Source of the DNA: Gammaproteobacteria bacterium
GTDB lineage: Bacteria; Pseudomonadota; Gammaproteobacteria; Eutrophobiales; Eutrophobiaceae
Assembly (NCBI GenBank): GCA_965221455.1
Contig: OZ244890.1
Span: 2,025,774-2,089,773, forward strand
Reading direction: 5' to 3'
Length of the DNA stretch: 64,000 nt
How positions within the stretch are numbered: the stretch's first letter is position 1; each line of letters starts with the position of its first letter. The notes beneath the pieces are model-generated. The model did not search any database and had not been told where the DNA came from. It worked only from the letters and a program-made list of their open reading frames with translations. The position numbers were made by a program, and so were the translations under genes. Shown piece by piece: positions 33,661-43,196 of this stretch.

Positions 33661-35253
33661 TTACTTCAAATTACCCAATATGGACCATAAAAAATCAAGA
33701 CGTAATTTATCTCTGTAGATCGAGTCTGATAAACCAATATAGAAATTGGTCGAGTAGGGCATTTGTCTTTGGGCACTCTGGAAGGCATTGTAATCGTAAT
33801 TGGGATTATATTGTGCATTTGTGTGACAGGACATGCAGTTGGTTTGTACGCCAAAGCGATTGATGATGTTGGTGGTAATCAGTTCATCATTTTTATTAGG
33901 TTGGGTATTGGTAATTTCCCTCACAATCTGGAATACTCCTTCATCAAAACCTGCTTCTAAATAAGGGTTGTAGGCAAGATGGGACGTACCTATGCTCCTT
34001 CCATTATGAACGGGTTGTACTGGTTCCACCATTTGGTATGAATTTGACATGGCATAATGACGAGCGGCAGCATCGGCTACTATAGTGCGATGTTTAGCAA
34101 TTTCAGGCGAACTGGGCGAATAAGGACTATTCGGGTCGGCTGACCACCAAAATGTTTGCCATGTCCAGCGCTTAATTTCTCTTGTGGCAGCGTGCATGCC
34201 AACAAGAATAACGTAATCTCCTGCCTTGAGAGCACTTCCCGTTAGGTTGTTAAATTTTTTCTTGTTTTCGTCAGTAATTTTATTATGCAAAAAATCATCA
34301 ATAAAGAAAGTGTTTTTAGATGATTGATTTTTACAGCCTTGATCGACGCTATTGGCATCACTCATTCCTTTTTTTGTTATGTCTATGTACACACAAGCAT
34401 TCCATACAGACTGTCCAAATGTTTGTGGAGAATCAGGAGGGCCTGGCCATCCAGGAAATGTGTAAATATTATTCGTAATTTCATCTGCAGTGATAGTTTT
34501 ATAAACAGGTTTTAAAGTAATAGCGTCTTTTGGAAAGTTAGGAATATCACTATAGCCCTGTTGAAGATAAAACTTTAGCGTTGATTCTAAAAACAATCTG
34601 TTTTCAAGAGAATGTTTTGCAGCGGGGATGTTATATTGCACACCAACAGCTATCGATAAATCACTCATGGCATGAGGATCTTGAATGGCCCTTTGATTAT
34701 TTTGTTGTCGAGGGACTTCTAAAAGAATCTCAAGTTCTTTTTTCCGTTCGGCATGTGTACCAGCCGGATGGGTTCTCTTTGCTATAGTCCTCGCGCTCTC
34801 CCATGTCTGGTAGGCTCTAATTCCCTCATTGTCAATATTGGCTACAACGTGGGTTAGTCCCGCCCATATACCCCAGCTGTGCCGATACAAGGCGTCTTTA
34901 TTTCCTGTGGAGACCCAGCCTTTGATTTCAGTTTCGCTACGAGGAAATTGGAACCCTTCTGCAACTATGGGTAGTGCGGTGTAACAGATCAAATTACCGT
35001 TGCTATTGGCAATTTCTCCTTTACTGGTGACACAGATATCAAGATTAGGCAATGAAGTTCTTTGATAACTGCCTGTAGTATCTTTGCACGATGCATGTAG
35101 TTCATCATTTAATACGCTAATATGACTGCACGTTAAATAGTAATCACCGTTTCCGGGAACAGGATTGTTTGCAGAAGACACGGACGTTGTCGAAGCCATG
35201 AGCATACAAAATGCAAACCACCGAAAACATATTGCTTTTGAAAAAGTTGCCAT
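33661..35253 (-). CDS. Secreted hypothetical protein (~530 aa) with a single C-terminal CXXCH haem-c motif
   Basis: ATG at 35253 with AAGGAT RBS. Signal peptide MATFSKAICFRWFAFCMLMASTTSVSSA. CMSCH motif near the C-terminus (...NCMSCHTNAQYNP). No recognised family. Confidence 0.6.
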   Translation of the reverse strand: MATFSKAICFRWFAFCMLMASTTSVSSANNPVPGNGDYYLTCSHISVLNDELHASCKDTTGSYQRTSLPNLDICVTSKGEIANSNGNLICYTALPIVAEGFQFPRSETEIKGWVSTGNKDALYRHSWGIWAGLTHVVANIDNEGIRAYQTWESARTIAKRTHPAGTHAERKKELEILLEVPRQQNNQRAIQDPHAMSDLSIAVGVQYNIPAAKHSLENRLFLESTLKFYLQQGYSDIPNFPKDAITLKPVYKTITADEITNNIYTFPGWPGPPDSPQTFGQSVWNACVYIDITKKGMSDANSVDQGCKNQSSKNTFFIDDFLHNKITDENKKKFNNLTGSALKAGDYVILVGMHAATREIKRWTWQTFWWSADPNSPYSPSSPEIAKHRTIVADAAARHYAMSNSYQMVEPVQPVHNGRSIGTSHLAYNPYLEAGFDEGVFQIVREITNTQPNKNDELITTNIINRFGVQTNCMSCHTNAQYNPNYDYNAFQSAQRQMPYSTNFYIGLSDSIYRDKLRLDFLWSILGNLK

Positions 35254-35456
35254 AGTAGATATCCTTAATTTTATTAAGCCCAACTTCATTTTTCTTTGCC
35301 CAGTGTAAAATTGTACAATAAATAAATTAAATATAATTAAAAAAATTTTCATGTCTGAATAGATGTAAATGCCTTATACGGCCTGCGCTTTTTAGCGGTT
35401 GCACAAAAGTGGTGAGATTAAAGAGGGTTTAAGGATGCAAAGGAGTGACGCAAGCA

Positions 35457-36332
35457 TCACTTAACGGAGCCAATACCTTCTCCCATCATGACAGTATTTC
35501 CCTCTGTCATCCCGGCGTCCCATTTCATCACATTTTCAGGAAGTAGTAATATGACCGTTGAACCCATATTGAATCTACCCATTTCCTGACCTTGTTCCAA
35601 TTCAATCTCATCATCCGAATATTTTGTGTCATTAATCGCTCTATTCCTGTTCTCGGCAGGTGTGATCTGCCCCGCCCAAATTGTTTCCATACTACCCACA
35701 TTTAATGCACCGACCATGATTATCGCCATGGGACCAATCTCGGTATTAAAAATATTAATCACACGTTCGTTTCTCGCGAAGACTGAATCCACAACCCGCA
35801 CGGTGTGTGAATTTACGGCAAATAGATTCCCGGGGATGTAGATCATGCGGTCAAGTTGCCCCGCTATCGGCATATGAATACGGTGATAGTCTTTGGGAGA
35901 AAGATATAGTGTGGCGAATGCGCCCTTGGAGAACATCTTGACGAGTCTGTCTTTTACTAATAAATCTTTCAGCGTATATGACTTACCCTTAGCCTGAATA
36001 ATGGTCCCGTTTTGAATTTGTCCTACCTGACTGACGGAACCATCCACTGGACAAAGAATGGTATGCTCATCAATCTTTATCGGTCTTGCTTGCGGTGCAA
36101 GCTCGCGTGTGAAGAAGGCATTAAAACTGGAATAGCTTTCTGGATCCGGATTCTTTGCCAGCGTCATGTCGACATTGAAGACTTCGATAAATATTTTGAT
36201 TAAATTATTTTTCAACCACGGTATTTCACTGCGAGTGATGCGATAGGTAAGACTCGTTATATAATGTTGCGGAATTATATATTGCGGTAGAACCCTTAAC
36301 TTATCTGACCAACGCTCTATTTGACTGCTCAT
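35457..36332 (-). CDS. psd: Phosphatidylserine decarboxylase proenzyme
   Basis: Psd family with C-terminal LGST self-cleavage site (FNMGSTVILL). Confidence 0.9.
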   Translation of the reverse strand: MSSQIERWSDKLRVLPQYIIPQHYITSLTYRITRSEIPWLKNNLIKIFIEVFNVDMTLAKNPDPESYSSFNAFFTRELAPQARPIKIDEHTILCPVDGSVSQVGQIQNGTIIQAKGKSYTLKDLLVKDRLVKMFSKGAFATLYLSPKDYHRIHMPIAGQLDRMIYIPGNLFAVNSHTVRVVDSVFARNERVINIFNTEIGPMAIIMVGALNVGSMETIWAGQITPAENRNRAINDTKYSDDEIELEQGQEMGRFNMGSTVILLLPENVMKWDAGMTEGNTVMMGEGIGSVK

Positions 36333-36340
36333 AATTTTAT

Positions 36341-36817
36341 TTAGCGATGATCGTGATGGTGTATTTCGCTTGAAGCTGACTTTTTTTTAACAGCAGCATC
36401 GAAAGTATGCGTTTCACCATTTTCGAAGGTGAATGTTATCGAACTCATCCTGCCTTCGCGCATCGGCGTGGCATTATTAAATAGCATCAGATGATAATTT
36501 CCCGGCTTGAAGTTAAATGTGGATTTCGCAGGTATTACGATACGTTCCTGTCGTTGCATTTTGGCAACGCCGTTTTCTATTTTGCTTTGATGAAATTCAA
36601 TGCGTTCAAATTCGGCACTTTCTGCAAAGACAAGAATGAAATCCTTAGCTGATGAATTTTCAATATCGAGATAGGCGGCCATGACTTTGACACTGGGAGG
36701 AGCTTCACGCAGCCATGCATTCTGTACGGTAATATGTTCACTGGCGGATGCATCATTCATGAGCGTTAAGATGAAAAAAACTGATGTAATAACTGAATTG
36801 TATGACTTCATCAGCAT
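36341..36817 (-). CDS. Periplasmic copper chaperone PCu(A)C (DUF461 family) with His-rich C-terminus
   Basis: Signal peptide MLMKSYNSVITSVFFILTLMNDASA; H...M...HxM copper-binding pattern (YLDIENSS...FKPGNYHLMLF); C-terminal HHHDHR. The ORF-track start at 36922 would bury the signal peptide, so the internal Met at 36817 is preferred. Confidence 0.7.
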   Translation of the reverse strand: MLMKSYNSVITSVFFILTLMNDASASEHITVQNAWLREAPPSVKVMAAYLDIENSSAKDFILVFAESAEFERIEFHQSKIENGVAKMQRQERIVIPAKSTFNFKPGNYHLMLFNNATPMREGRMSSITFTFENGETHTFDAAVKKKSASSEIHHHDHR

Positions 36818-36918
36818 GTAAAGTCGAACACCCTTTTGAACTCGGTGAATATTATTCACTTTGGATTTATTATTTGCCGGACAATTGCACAGATTATTAT
36901 GCGCGGCTGACATCGTAA

Positions 36919-37869
36919 TCAATGTGTTGAGAAAAAACTACCAAATGCACGGGATCCCTCTTGCGTTTGAATTTCGCCTACAATTTTCAGAGAGTCCGTA
37001 TCAATGATATTAACAGTCGCATCAAACCAGTTGGCAACATAAATAGATTCTCCAGAAGGATGAAGTGCAATGCCCTCAGGGTAGTCACCGACCTTGATTG
37101 TTTTGACCACCTTCTCATCTTGCAATGAAATAACAGATACTGTGCCGTCGTATTGGTTTGTAACAAAAATCCTGTTTCTTATTTCATCATGTGCAATTGC
37201 GTAAGGAAATTTTCCGGTTATTACATTCATGACATTATTACCATTTTCAAGATCAATAATACTGACACTTCCGTCGCGGACATTAGCAACGAATATTTTA
37301 TTTGATGATGTAGCGGCAGTAACGCCAAATGGAGCTGTCTGCACTGGAATTATAGACTCAATCTTTTTTGTTCCGGTATCTATAATCATTAGATTATTAT
37401 CATCTCTGTTAGCTACATAAAGTTGTTCTCCGGTGGTGCTGATAGCGATACCGGAAGGAGATCTTCCAACAGAAATTTCAGAAATAATTTCCATTGATAT
37501 GGTATTCATAATAAAGACTTTGTTTAAGTACCAATCTGCAATATAAAGTGTTTTATTGTCGGGAGTTATAACAATTCCCAGAGGAGCATCGCCCACTTTA
37601 ATATTTTTTATCAAGATGTTGTCTTTTGTATCAATGACAGAAATTTCCTGACTTTCGGGGTTTGATATGTAGACTCTTTCACCATCCACACTGGCGGCGA
37701 CTCCGGCCGGCCGATGTCCAACATCAATATTTTTGATCACTTGCCTTGATGATGTATCAATGATTGAGACTGTATCACTGATCTGATTGGTAATATAAGC
37801 GAAAGTACCTGCTCCTGCGTTTGACGCTATACTGATGAAGAAAAAGACTGAGATTAAGCAATGAATCAT
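36919..37869 (-). CDS. Secreted YVTN-family 7-bladed beta-propeller repeat protein
   Basis: Repeated ~40-aa blades with 'YVAN/YIAD/FVTN ... G(S/T)V S(I/V)ID' periodicity; signal peptide. Confidence 0.75.
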   Translation of the reverse strand: MIHCLISVFFFISIASNAGAGTFAYITNQISDTVSIIDTSSRQVIKNIDVGHRPAGVAASVDGERVYISNPESQEISVIDTKDNILIKNIKVGDAPLGIVITPDNKTLYIADWYLNKVFIMNTISMEIISEISVGRSPSGIAISTTGEQLYVANRDDNNLMIIDTGTKKIESIIPVQTAPFGVTAATSSNKIFVANVRDGSVSIIDLENGNNVMNVITGKFPYAIAHDEIRNRIFVTNQYDGTVSVISLQDEKVVKTIKVGDYPEGIALHPSGESIYVANWFDATVNIIDTDSLKIVGEIQTQEGSRAFGSFFSTH

Positions 37870-37954
37870 TCTTGGAGACAGGAAAAAAGTCAGATGTTAT
37901 TTTTCTGCCGTGATTTTCCGGACTTTATTTATCCGCTTTCCTATTGTCGGCTAC

Positions 37955-38485
37955 TCATTCAGAAAGCTTTTTAATATTTTCCATTCCGGCTTTATAAAAA
38001 ACAGTTAATTTTTCCGTAGCATATTCATCGCTTAATTCATATGGTGGCGTCGGCCCCTGATATGAACGATAAAAGGCGCCTTTCCATTTTAACGTTGCTC
38101 CCCCTTGATCATTGTCTGCGACTGTCATGGTTAAACTATGGGTAGTGACAGGATATGTTTTCAGTTGTTGACCTTCCGTCATGTAATGCTGAAGCATAAA
38201 ATCTTCCTGCCTGTGTTTAGCCAGTATCTCTCTTATTTGTTCGCCATTATCAAGCGTGATAACGCGCAACGAGTCAGGTTCATTACCTTTATCGGCGGTG
38301 CAATCTATAACGGACGGGTGCCAGTCTTTAATAGAGCAATAATCACTAATCACAGACCAGACTTTGTTGGGTGCGGCATTAATTTCTATCTGTTCGACCA
38401 ATAAAACTCTTGCGGGTCCGTGGGCTACCGCCAGTACAGGGGTGAAAAAAAAAGCAAGCAAACAGTATTTTATTATTCTCGCCAT
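37955..38485 (-). CDS. Secreted SRPBCC (Bet v1-like/polyketide cyclase-like) domain protein
   Basis: Signal peptide + ~150 aa with an SRPBCC-like pattern (KVWSVISDY..IKDWHP). Confidence 0.55.
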   Translation of the reverse strand: MARIIKYCLLAFFFTPVLAVAHGPARVLLVEQIEINAAPNKVWSVISDYCSIKDWHPSVIDCTADKGNEPDSLRVITLDNGEQIREILAKHRQEDFMLQHYMTEGQQLKTYPVTTHSLTMTVADNDQGGATLKWKGAFYRSYQGPTPPYELSDEYATEKLTVFYKAGMENIKKLSE

Positions 38486-38836
38486 AATAACCTCATGTTA
38501 GATATCAGGAATAATTTTACCCCATTCAGCATTGTAGAAAATTGAATACGAACTCAGGATTATACTGTCAAATCCCGTATAAGGAAGTGATATAATCAGT
38601 ATTTACGTGATAGGCATATGGGCATGCCGTTGTGGGTAATAGTGTGTTGTTTGTTGCAACAGGCTACCTGGAAAATAACTGATATCATTATAGACACAGT
38701 AATTAGACCTTATGAAGGTAAGGTTCTCTGTTAATCCAAAGAGAATGAGTCCCATAAATTATGGCATGATCGCTTAAAGATCATAGTAATTCTTCAGCAT
38801 TACGACATCTTGTTGTTACTGAGAGGAGAAAGAATC

Positions 38837-40003
38837 GTGAAGATTATACTTGCACCTGATTCCTTCAAAGGGAGTCTGACAGCCTTACAAGTTGCGTCAG
38901 CACTTGAGAAGGGTATTAAAAGAGTCATTCCAAATGCCAGATGTATCAAGGTTCCCATGGCCGATGGTGGTGAAGGTACCGTCCAATCTCTTGTCGATGC
39001 TAACGGTGGTAAATTTATTCGTAAGAAAGTGACAGGACCTGCCGGTAAACCGGTGATGGCACGCTATGGGATGTTGTCTGATGGTGGAACAGCTGTAATT
39101 GAGATGGCGGAAGCCTCAGGTTTGCCTGCGGTTGAAGGAAGCAAAGACAGGAACCCATTGAAAACAACCACCTATGGTACTGGGCAATTAATAGTAGATG
39201 CAATTAACAAAGGTGCGAAGCATATTATTCTTGGTTTGGGCGGATCTGCGACAATAGATGGTGGAGTGGGAATGGCTCAAGCCCTGGGCGTCATATTTCT
39301 GGATAATAAAGGTAAGGAAATAAAAGAATTAGGTGCTGGCGGTATGTTGAATAAAATCGTCAATATCGATATGTCCGCTGTAGACATAAAAGTGAAGCGG
39401 ACCAGGGTCACTGTGGCCAGTGACGTGGAAAATCCTCTATGTGGCAAGCAAGGTGCAGCCCGGGTTTTTGGGCCGCAAAAAGGCGCGACACCGGCAATGG
39501 TCAAAAAGTTAGATGCGAACTTGAAGCATTTCGCAGGAGTCATCAAAAAAGATTTGCATAAAGATATTATGAGATTAAAAGGCGCAGGGGCTGCCGGAGG
39601 TTTAGGTGCAGGTCTGGTTGCGTTCACAGGCGCAAAAATTCGGAGTGGGGTGGATATGGTTGCTGAGGCGACAGAACTATCAAAACACATTAAAGGTGCT
39701 GATCTGGTCATTACAGGTGAAGGACGCATTGATTTTCAGACTGCCTTCGGAAAAACTCCTTCAGGCGTTGCCAGAGCCGCGAAAAAACAGAAAGTACAAA
39801 CTATCGCAATAGGCGGCGGGATTATGGATGATGCGCGAGGTGTGTTTGAACATGGCATAGATGGATTGGCCAGCGCGTGTGTCAGAGATATGTCTCTGCA
39901 AGAAGCAATGAGTCATTCGAAAGTTTACCTGGCGAATGCGGCTGAGAGGGTGATGCGGTTGGTTTTAATCGGCAAGAATTTAGGAAAATTCAGGAAAAAG
40001 TAG
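38837..40003 (+). CDS. Glycerate kinase (GlxK/GarK family)
   Basis: KIILAPDSFKGSL...PMADGGEGT...TAVIEMAEASGL is collinear with E. coli GlxK. GTG at 38837 after GAGAGGAGAAAG RBS. Confidence 0.85.
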   Translation: MKIILAPDSFKGSLTALQVASALEKGIKRVIPNARCIKVPMADGGEGTVQSLVDANGGKFIRKKVTGPAGKPVMARYGMLSDGGTAVIEMAEASGLPAVEGSKDRNPLKTTTYGTGQLIVDAINKGAKHIILGLGGSATIDGGVGMAQALGVIFLDNKGKEIKELGAGGMLNKIVNIDMSAVDIKVKRTRVTVASDVENPLCGKQGAARVFGPQKGATPAMVKKLDANLKHFAGVIKKDLHKDIMRLKGAGAAGGLGAGLVAFTGAKIRSGVDMVAEATELSKHIKGADLVITGEGRIDFQTAFGKTPSGVARAAKKQKVQTIAIGGGIMDDARGVFEHGIDGLASACVRDMSLQEAMSHSKVYLANAAERVMRLVLIGKNLGKFRKK

Positions 40004-40281
40004 CAATAATGAATCTTCAATTAAAATAAAAAGAAGATATTCAACTATTGTAGTCAGCATAAATCCACGCCGCATATATTCCAGGGGTCTTCATGATGAA
40101 GTTGTGAATTCGACTGGCATCCAAAATATCCATGACGCTGTATTGTCAGCTTTGACAATGGCCGATCACATGGCGGCTGGTGCTTTATCTCGATTCACTT
40201 GTTTGCCTTACACGTTGATTATGAATATGTTTGAATATTAACTTTGCTCAGACTTAGCCGAAGGTTCTTCAAAAACATACA

Positions 40282-41544
40282 ATGAATATTTCCAGGTTTG
40301 CCTCACGATTTGATATAAATTCAGGCATCGTTCAACTCATGGATGATTTGGGAAGAGCCTTATCTGAAAATAATGAAATGTTGATGATGGGAGGAGGTAA
40401 CCCAAGCCATATTCCTGAAATGCAGCAGTTTTTTCATGAAAAAATGCAGCGTGTACTGGATCGACCGGCTGAATTCGCGCATATGATTGGTGATTATGGA
40501 CCGCCTCAGGGCGACACTCCATTCCTGGAAGCAATTGCTGATTTACTCAATGATGGGAATCACTGGAACTTGAGTTCAAAAAATGTTGCGCTTACAGCCG
40601 GGAGTCAAGCGGGTTTCTTTTTGCTGTTTAATATTTTTGGCGGTGCATGTACTGATGGAATAAAACGACGCATATTATTGCCTATGGCACCGGAATATAT
40701 TGGTTATGGTGATGTTGGTATATCCGACGGATTATTCATTACGGAGAGACCTGAGATAGAAAAATTTGATGATCATACTTTTAAATACCATGTCAATTTC
40801 AGTCAATTAAACATTGATAACAGTATCGGGGCAATTTGTATTTCACGCCCGACAAATCCCACGGGGAATGTATTAACCGATGTAGAAGTTAACCATTTAT
40901 CACAATTGGCTGAAGATAATAACATTCCACTTATCATTGACAATGCCTACGGTATGCCATTTCCTGATATTGTTTTTGCAGATGCAACATCTGTTTGGAA
41001 CGAAAACACCATACTCTGCATGAGTCTGTCCAAAATTGGACTGCCTGGTGTGCGTACAGGAATTATTATTGCCAATGAAGAGGTCATTGAAATTATTACC
41101 AGGATGAATGGAGTGCTTAATTTATCTATCGGTAGCGTAGGACCCACTATTGCGCATGATCTGGTAAGCAGTGGTGAAATTGCCAGACTGAGTAGAACTA
41201 TCATTAAGCCTTATTATGAAAAAAAATCATTGTATGCTTTGGAGTTATTACATAAGGAGTTGGCAGGACTGGAATATTTTATACATCGATCTGAAGGTGC
41301 TATTTTTCTCTGGCTATGGTTCCCCGATCTGCCAATTAGTTCGGATGTTCTATATAAACGCCTTAAAGGCAGAGGCGTTCTAATTGTATCTGGACATTAT
41401 TTTTTTCCAGGGTTGGAAGATGACTGGTGGCATAAGAATGAGTGTATACGCATTACCTATTCAATGGATAAAAGTGTTATTAGGCAAGGTGCCAGAATTA
41501 TCGCCGAGGAAGTGAGAAAGGCATATAGTTTAGTCACCGAATAA
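40282..41544 (+). CDS. avtA: Valine--pyruvate aminotransferase (alanine-valine transaminase)
   Basis: Strong collinearity with E. coli AvtA (GGGNPSHIPEMQ..., SRPTNPTGNV, CMSLSKIGLPGVRTGII, EGAIFLWLWFPDLPI). Confidence 0.85.
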   Translation: MNISRFASRFDINSGIVQLMDDLGRALSENNEMLMMGGGNPSHIPEMQQFFHEKMQRVLDRPAEFAHMIGDYGPPQGDTPFLEAIADLLNDGNHWNLSSKNVALTAGSQAGFFLLFNIFGGACTDGIKRRILLPMAPEYIGYGDVGISDGLFITERPEIEKFDDHTFKYHVNFSQLNIDNSIGAICISRPTNPTGNVLTDVEVNHLSQLAEDNNIPLIIDNAYGMPFPDIVFADATSVWNENTILCMSLSKIGLPGVRTGIIIANEEVIEIITRMNGVLNLSIGSVGPTIAHDLVSSGEIARLSRTIIKPYYEKKSLYALELLHKELAGLEYFIHRSEGAIFLWLWFPDLPISSDVLYKRLKGRGVLIVSGHYFFPGLEDDWWHKNECIRITYSMDKSVIRQGARIIAEEVRKAYSLVTE

Positions 41545-42519
41545 TTTCATACCCAGTGAAAATACTCTTTCGGAAACTGACTTTTTACGTGTTTTCGATA
41601 TTTCGTAAATATCAGCATTATCAGATGCATTATACAAGTAGTCATCACTGGTTATGAGTTCATCTACAAGTTTTAATTCGAGTGCCCTTTTCCCATACCA
41701 ATGTTCGCCAGTGGCTATCGTTTCGATATCTACTTGATTTCGATTATCTTTAATAAATTCTTTGAATAACTCATGTGTATCTTCGAGTTCTTCCTGAAAC
41801 TTACTTCGATCTTTATCACTATTTTCTCCAAACAATGTCAATGTCCGTTTGTAATTTCCCGCTGTTAATTGCTCATAATCGATATCATGTTTTTTCATTA
41901 GGCGATGGAAATTAGGTAGCTGAGCGAGTACGCCGATTGAACCGATGATGGCAAAAGGGGCGGCGATAATTTTATTTGCGACACAGGCCATCATATATCC
42001 ACCACTTGCAGCGACCTTATCTACGGCAACCGTCAGAGGTATTTTCCTATCACGAATTCGTTTGAGTTGAGACGCAGCCAGACCATAACCATGGACCGTC
42101 CCCCCGATACTTTCCAGTATTAGAACAACTTCATCAGAAGCCTTGGCGACAGTCAATACAGACGTGATTTCTTCTCTTAGCGACTCGACCTCACTTGCTT
42201 TTATATCACCTTCAAAATTGAGTAAAAATATATTTTTTTTTGTAGAGTGCTTTTTGAATGAATTCTTTTCTATTTCTTTATGTTTTGATTTGAGTAGTTT
42301 AGTCGACTTCTTAAATTCTTTCCTATTCAGTACCTGTGACTTGATTAGCATACCCATTTCCTCGAATTTATGATTAATATTTTTAACTTCAATATGTCCA
42401 TATTGCGAAGACTTGGCACGTAAGATGATAATGATTGTTGCAACAGTAGCTATAAAAAGTGTCAATACAACCGACAACAATTTTGAAAGAAATAACAGGT
42501 ATTCTATAAAATGTTCCAT
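41530..42519 (-). CDS. sohB: Inner-membrane S49 peptidase SohB
   Basis: N-terminal TM + SppA/S49 domain (VAVDKVAASGGYMMACVANKIIAAPFAIIGSIGV). Confidence 0.85.
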   Translation of the reverse strand: MEHFIEYLLFLSKLLSVVLTLFIATVATIIIILRAKSSQYGHIEVKNINHKFEEMGMLIKSQVLNRKEFKKSTKLLKSKHKEIEKNSFKKHSTKKNIFLLNFEGDIKASEVESLREEITSVLTVAKASDEVVLILESIGGTVHGYGLAASQLKRIRDRKIPLTVAVDKVAASGGYMMACVANKIIAAPFAIIGSIGVLAQLPNFHRLMKKHDIDYEQLTAGNYKRTLTLFGENSDKDRSKFQEELEDTHELFKEFIKDNRNQVDIETIATGEHWYGKRALELKLVDELITSDDYLYNASDNADIYEISKTRKKSVSERVFSLGMKLFGD

Positions 42520-43196
42520 TGGTATAAATCTGTGTGTAGTTTATGAAATAGATATATACTGCAGTCGTTCAATTCAGTTTATTCCCGAAATGAGTTCATT
42601 AGATTGTCTGGGAATGATCATTGGGGTATTCGGTCAACACATTTTTCGATAAGAAATTAGTATTTATTTGGCTAGGGAGTCGATTGATGTATTGGATTAC
42701 CGCCATGAGTCCAAGCTATAATTGTAAAATACTTTTCCTGTCAATTTTTGTGTAAAAACACACTTAATACTACAGATTTCTCTGCATCGATCAATCTTCA
42801 TTCTTGTGCTTATGTTCTGGATTCATAACCATTATAGAGAACGAATCCTGCATCGTATCAAAGATAATTTTACTGTACCAAGGACACATAATAACTGATG
42901 TGCTGTAAAGTTAGATAGTGAATTTTCTAAAGCAGGCATTACTTTCGAAGCGACAATAGTATTGTCCATAGCCTCCCGTTTGTAATTCGCGCATATATCC
43001 ATCCCGATTATGTGTTTCCGGCCTTTAGTTTTTATCTCTTGAACACGATGTCCCTATTAGGATCGCTTGTTGATATGACAATGGTCGGTATATCCAGGCA
43101 GAACAACAGAATTTGCGACTAATTCAACTTACCTCCGCAAGATTATTTAAAGTGGGGTAAAACGGGGAGATGACATCAAGATTATAATAACGAATT

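Noticed and set aside
36817-36922. N-terminal 35-aa extension of the PCuAC ORF (start at 36922, ATGA overlap with the propeller stop)
   Set aside because: It would place the signal peptide internally. The internal Met preceding a canonical signal peptide is more plausible, although the overlap leaves coupling possible.
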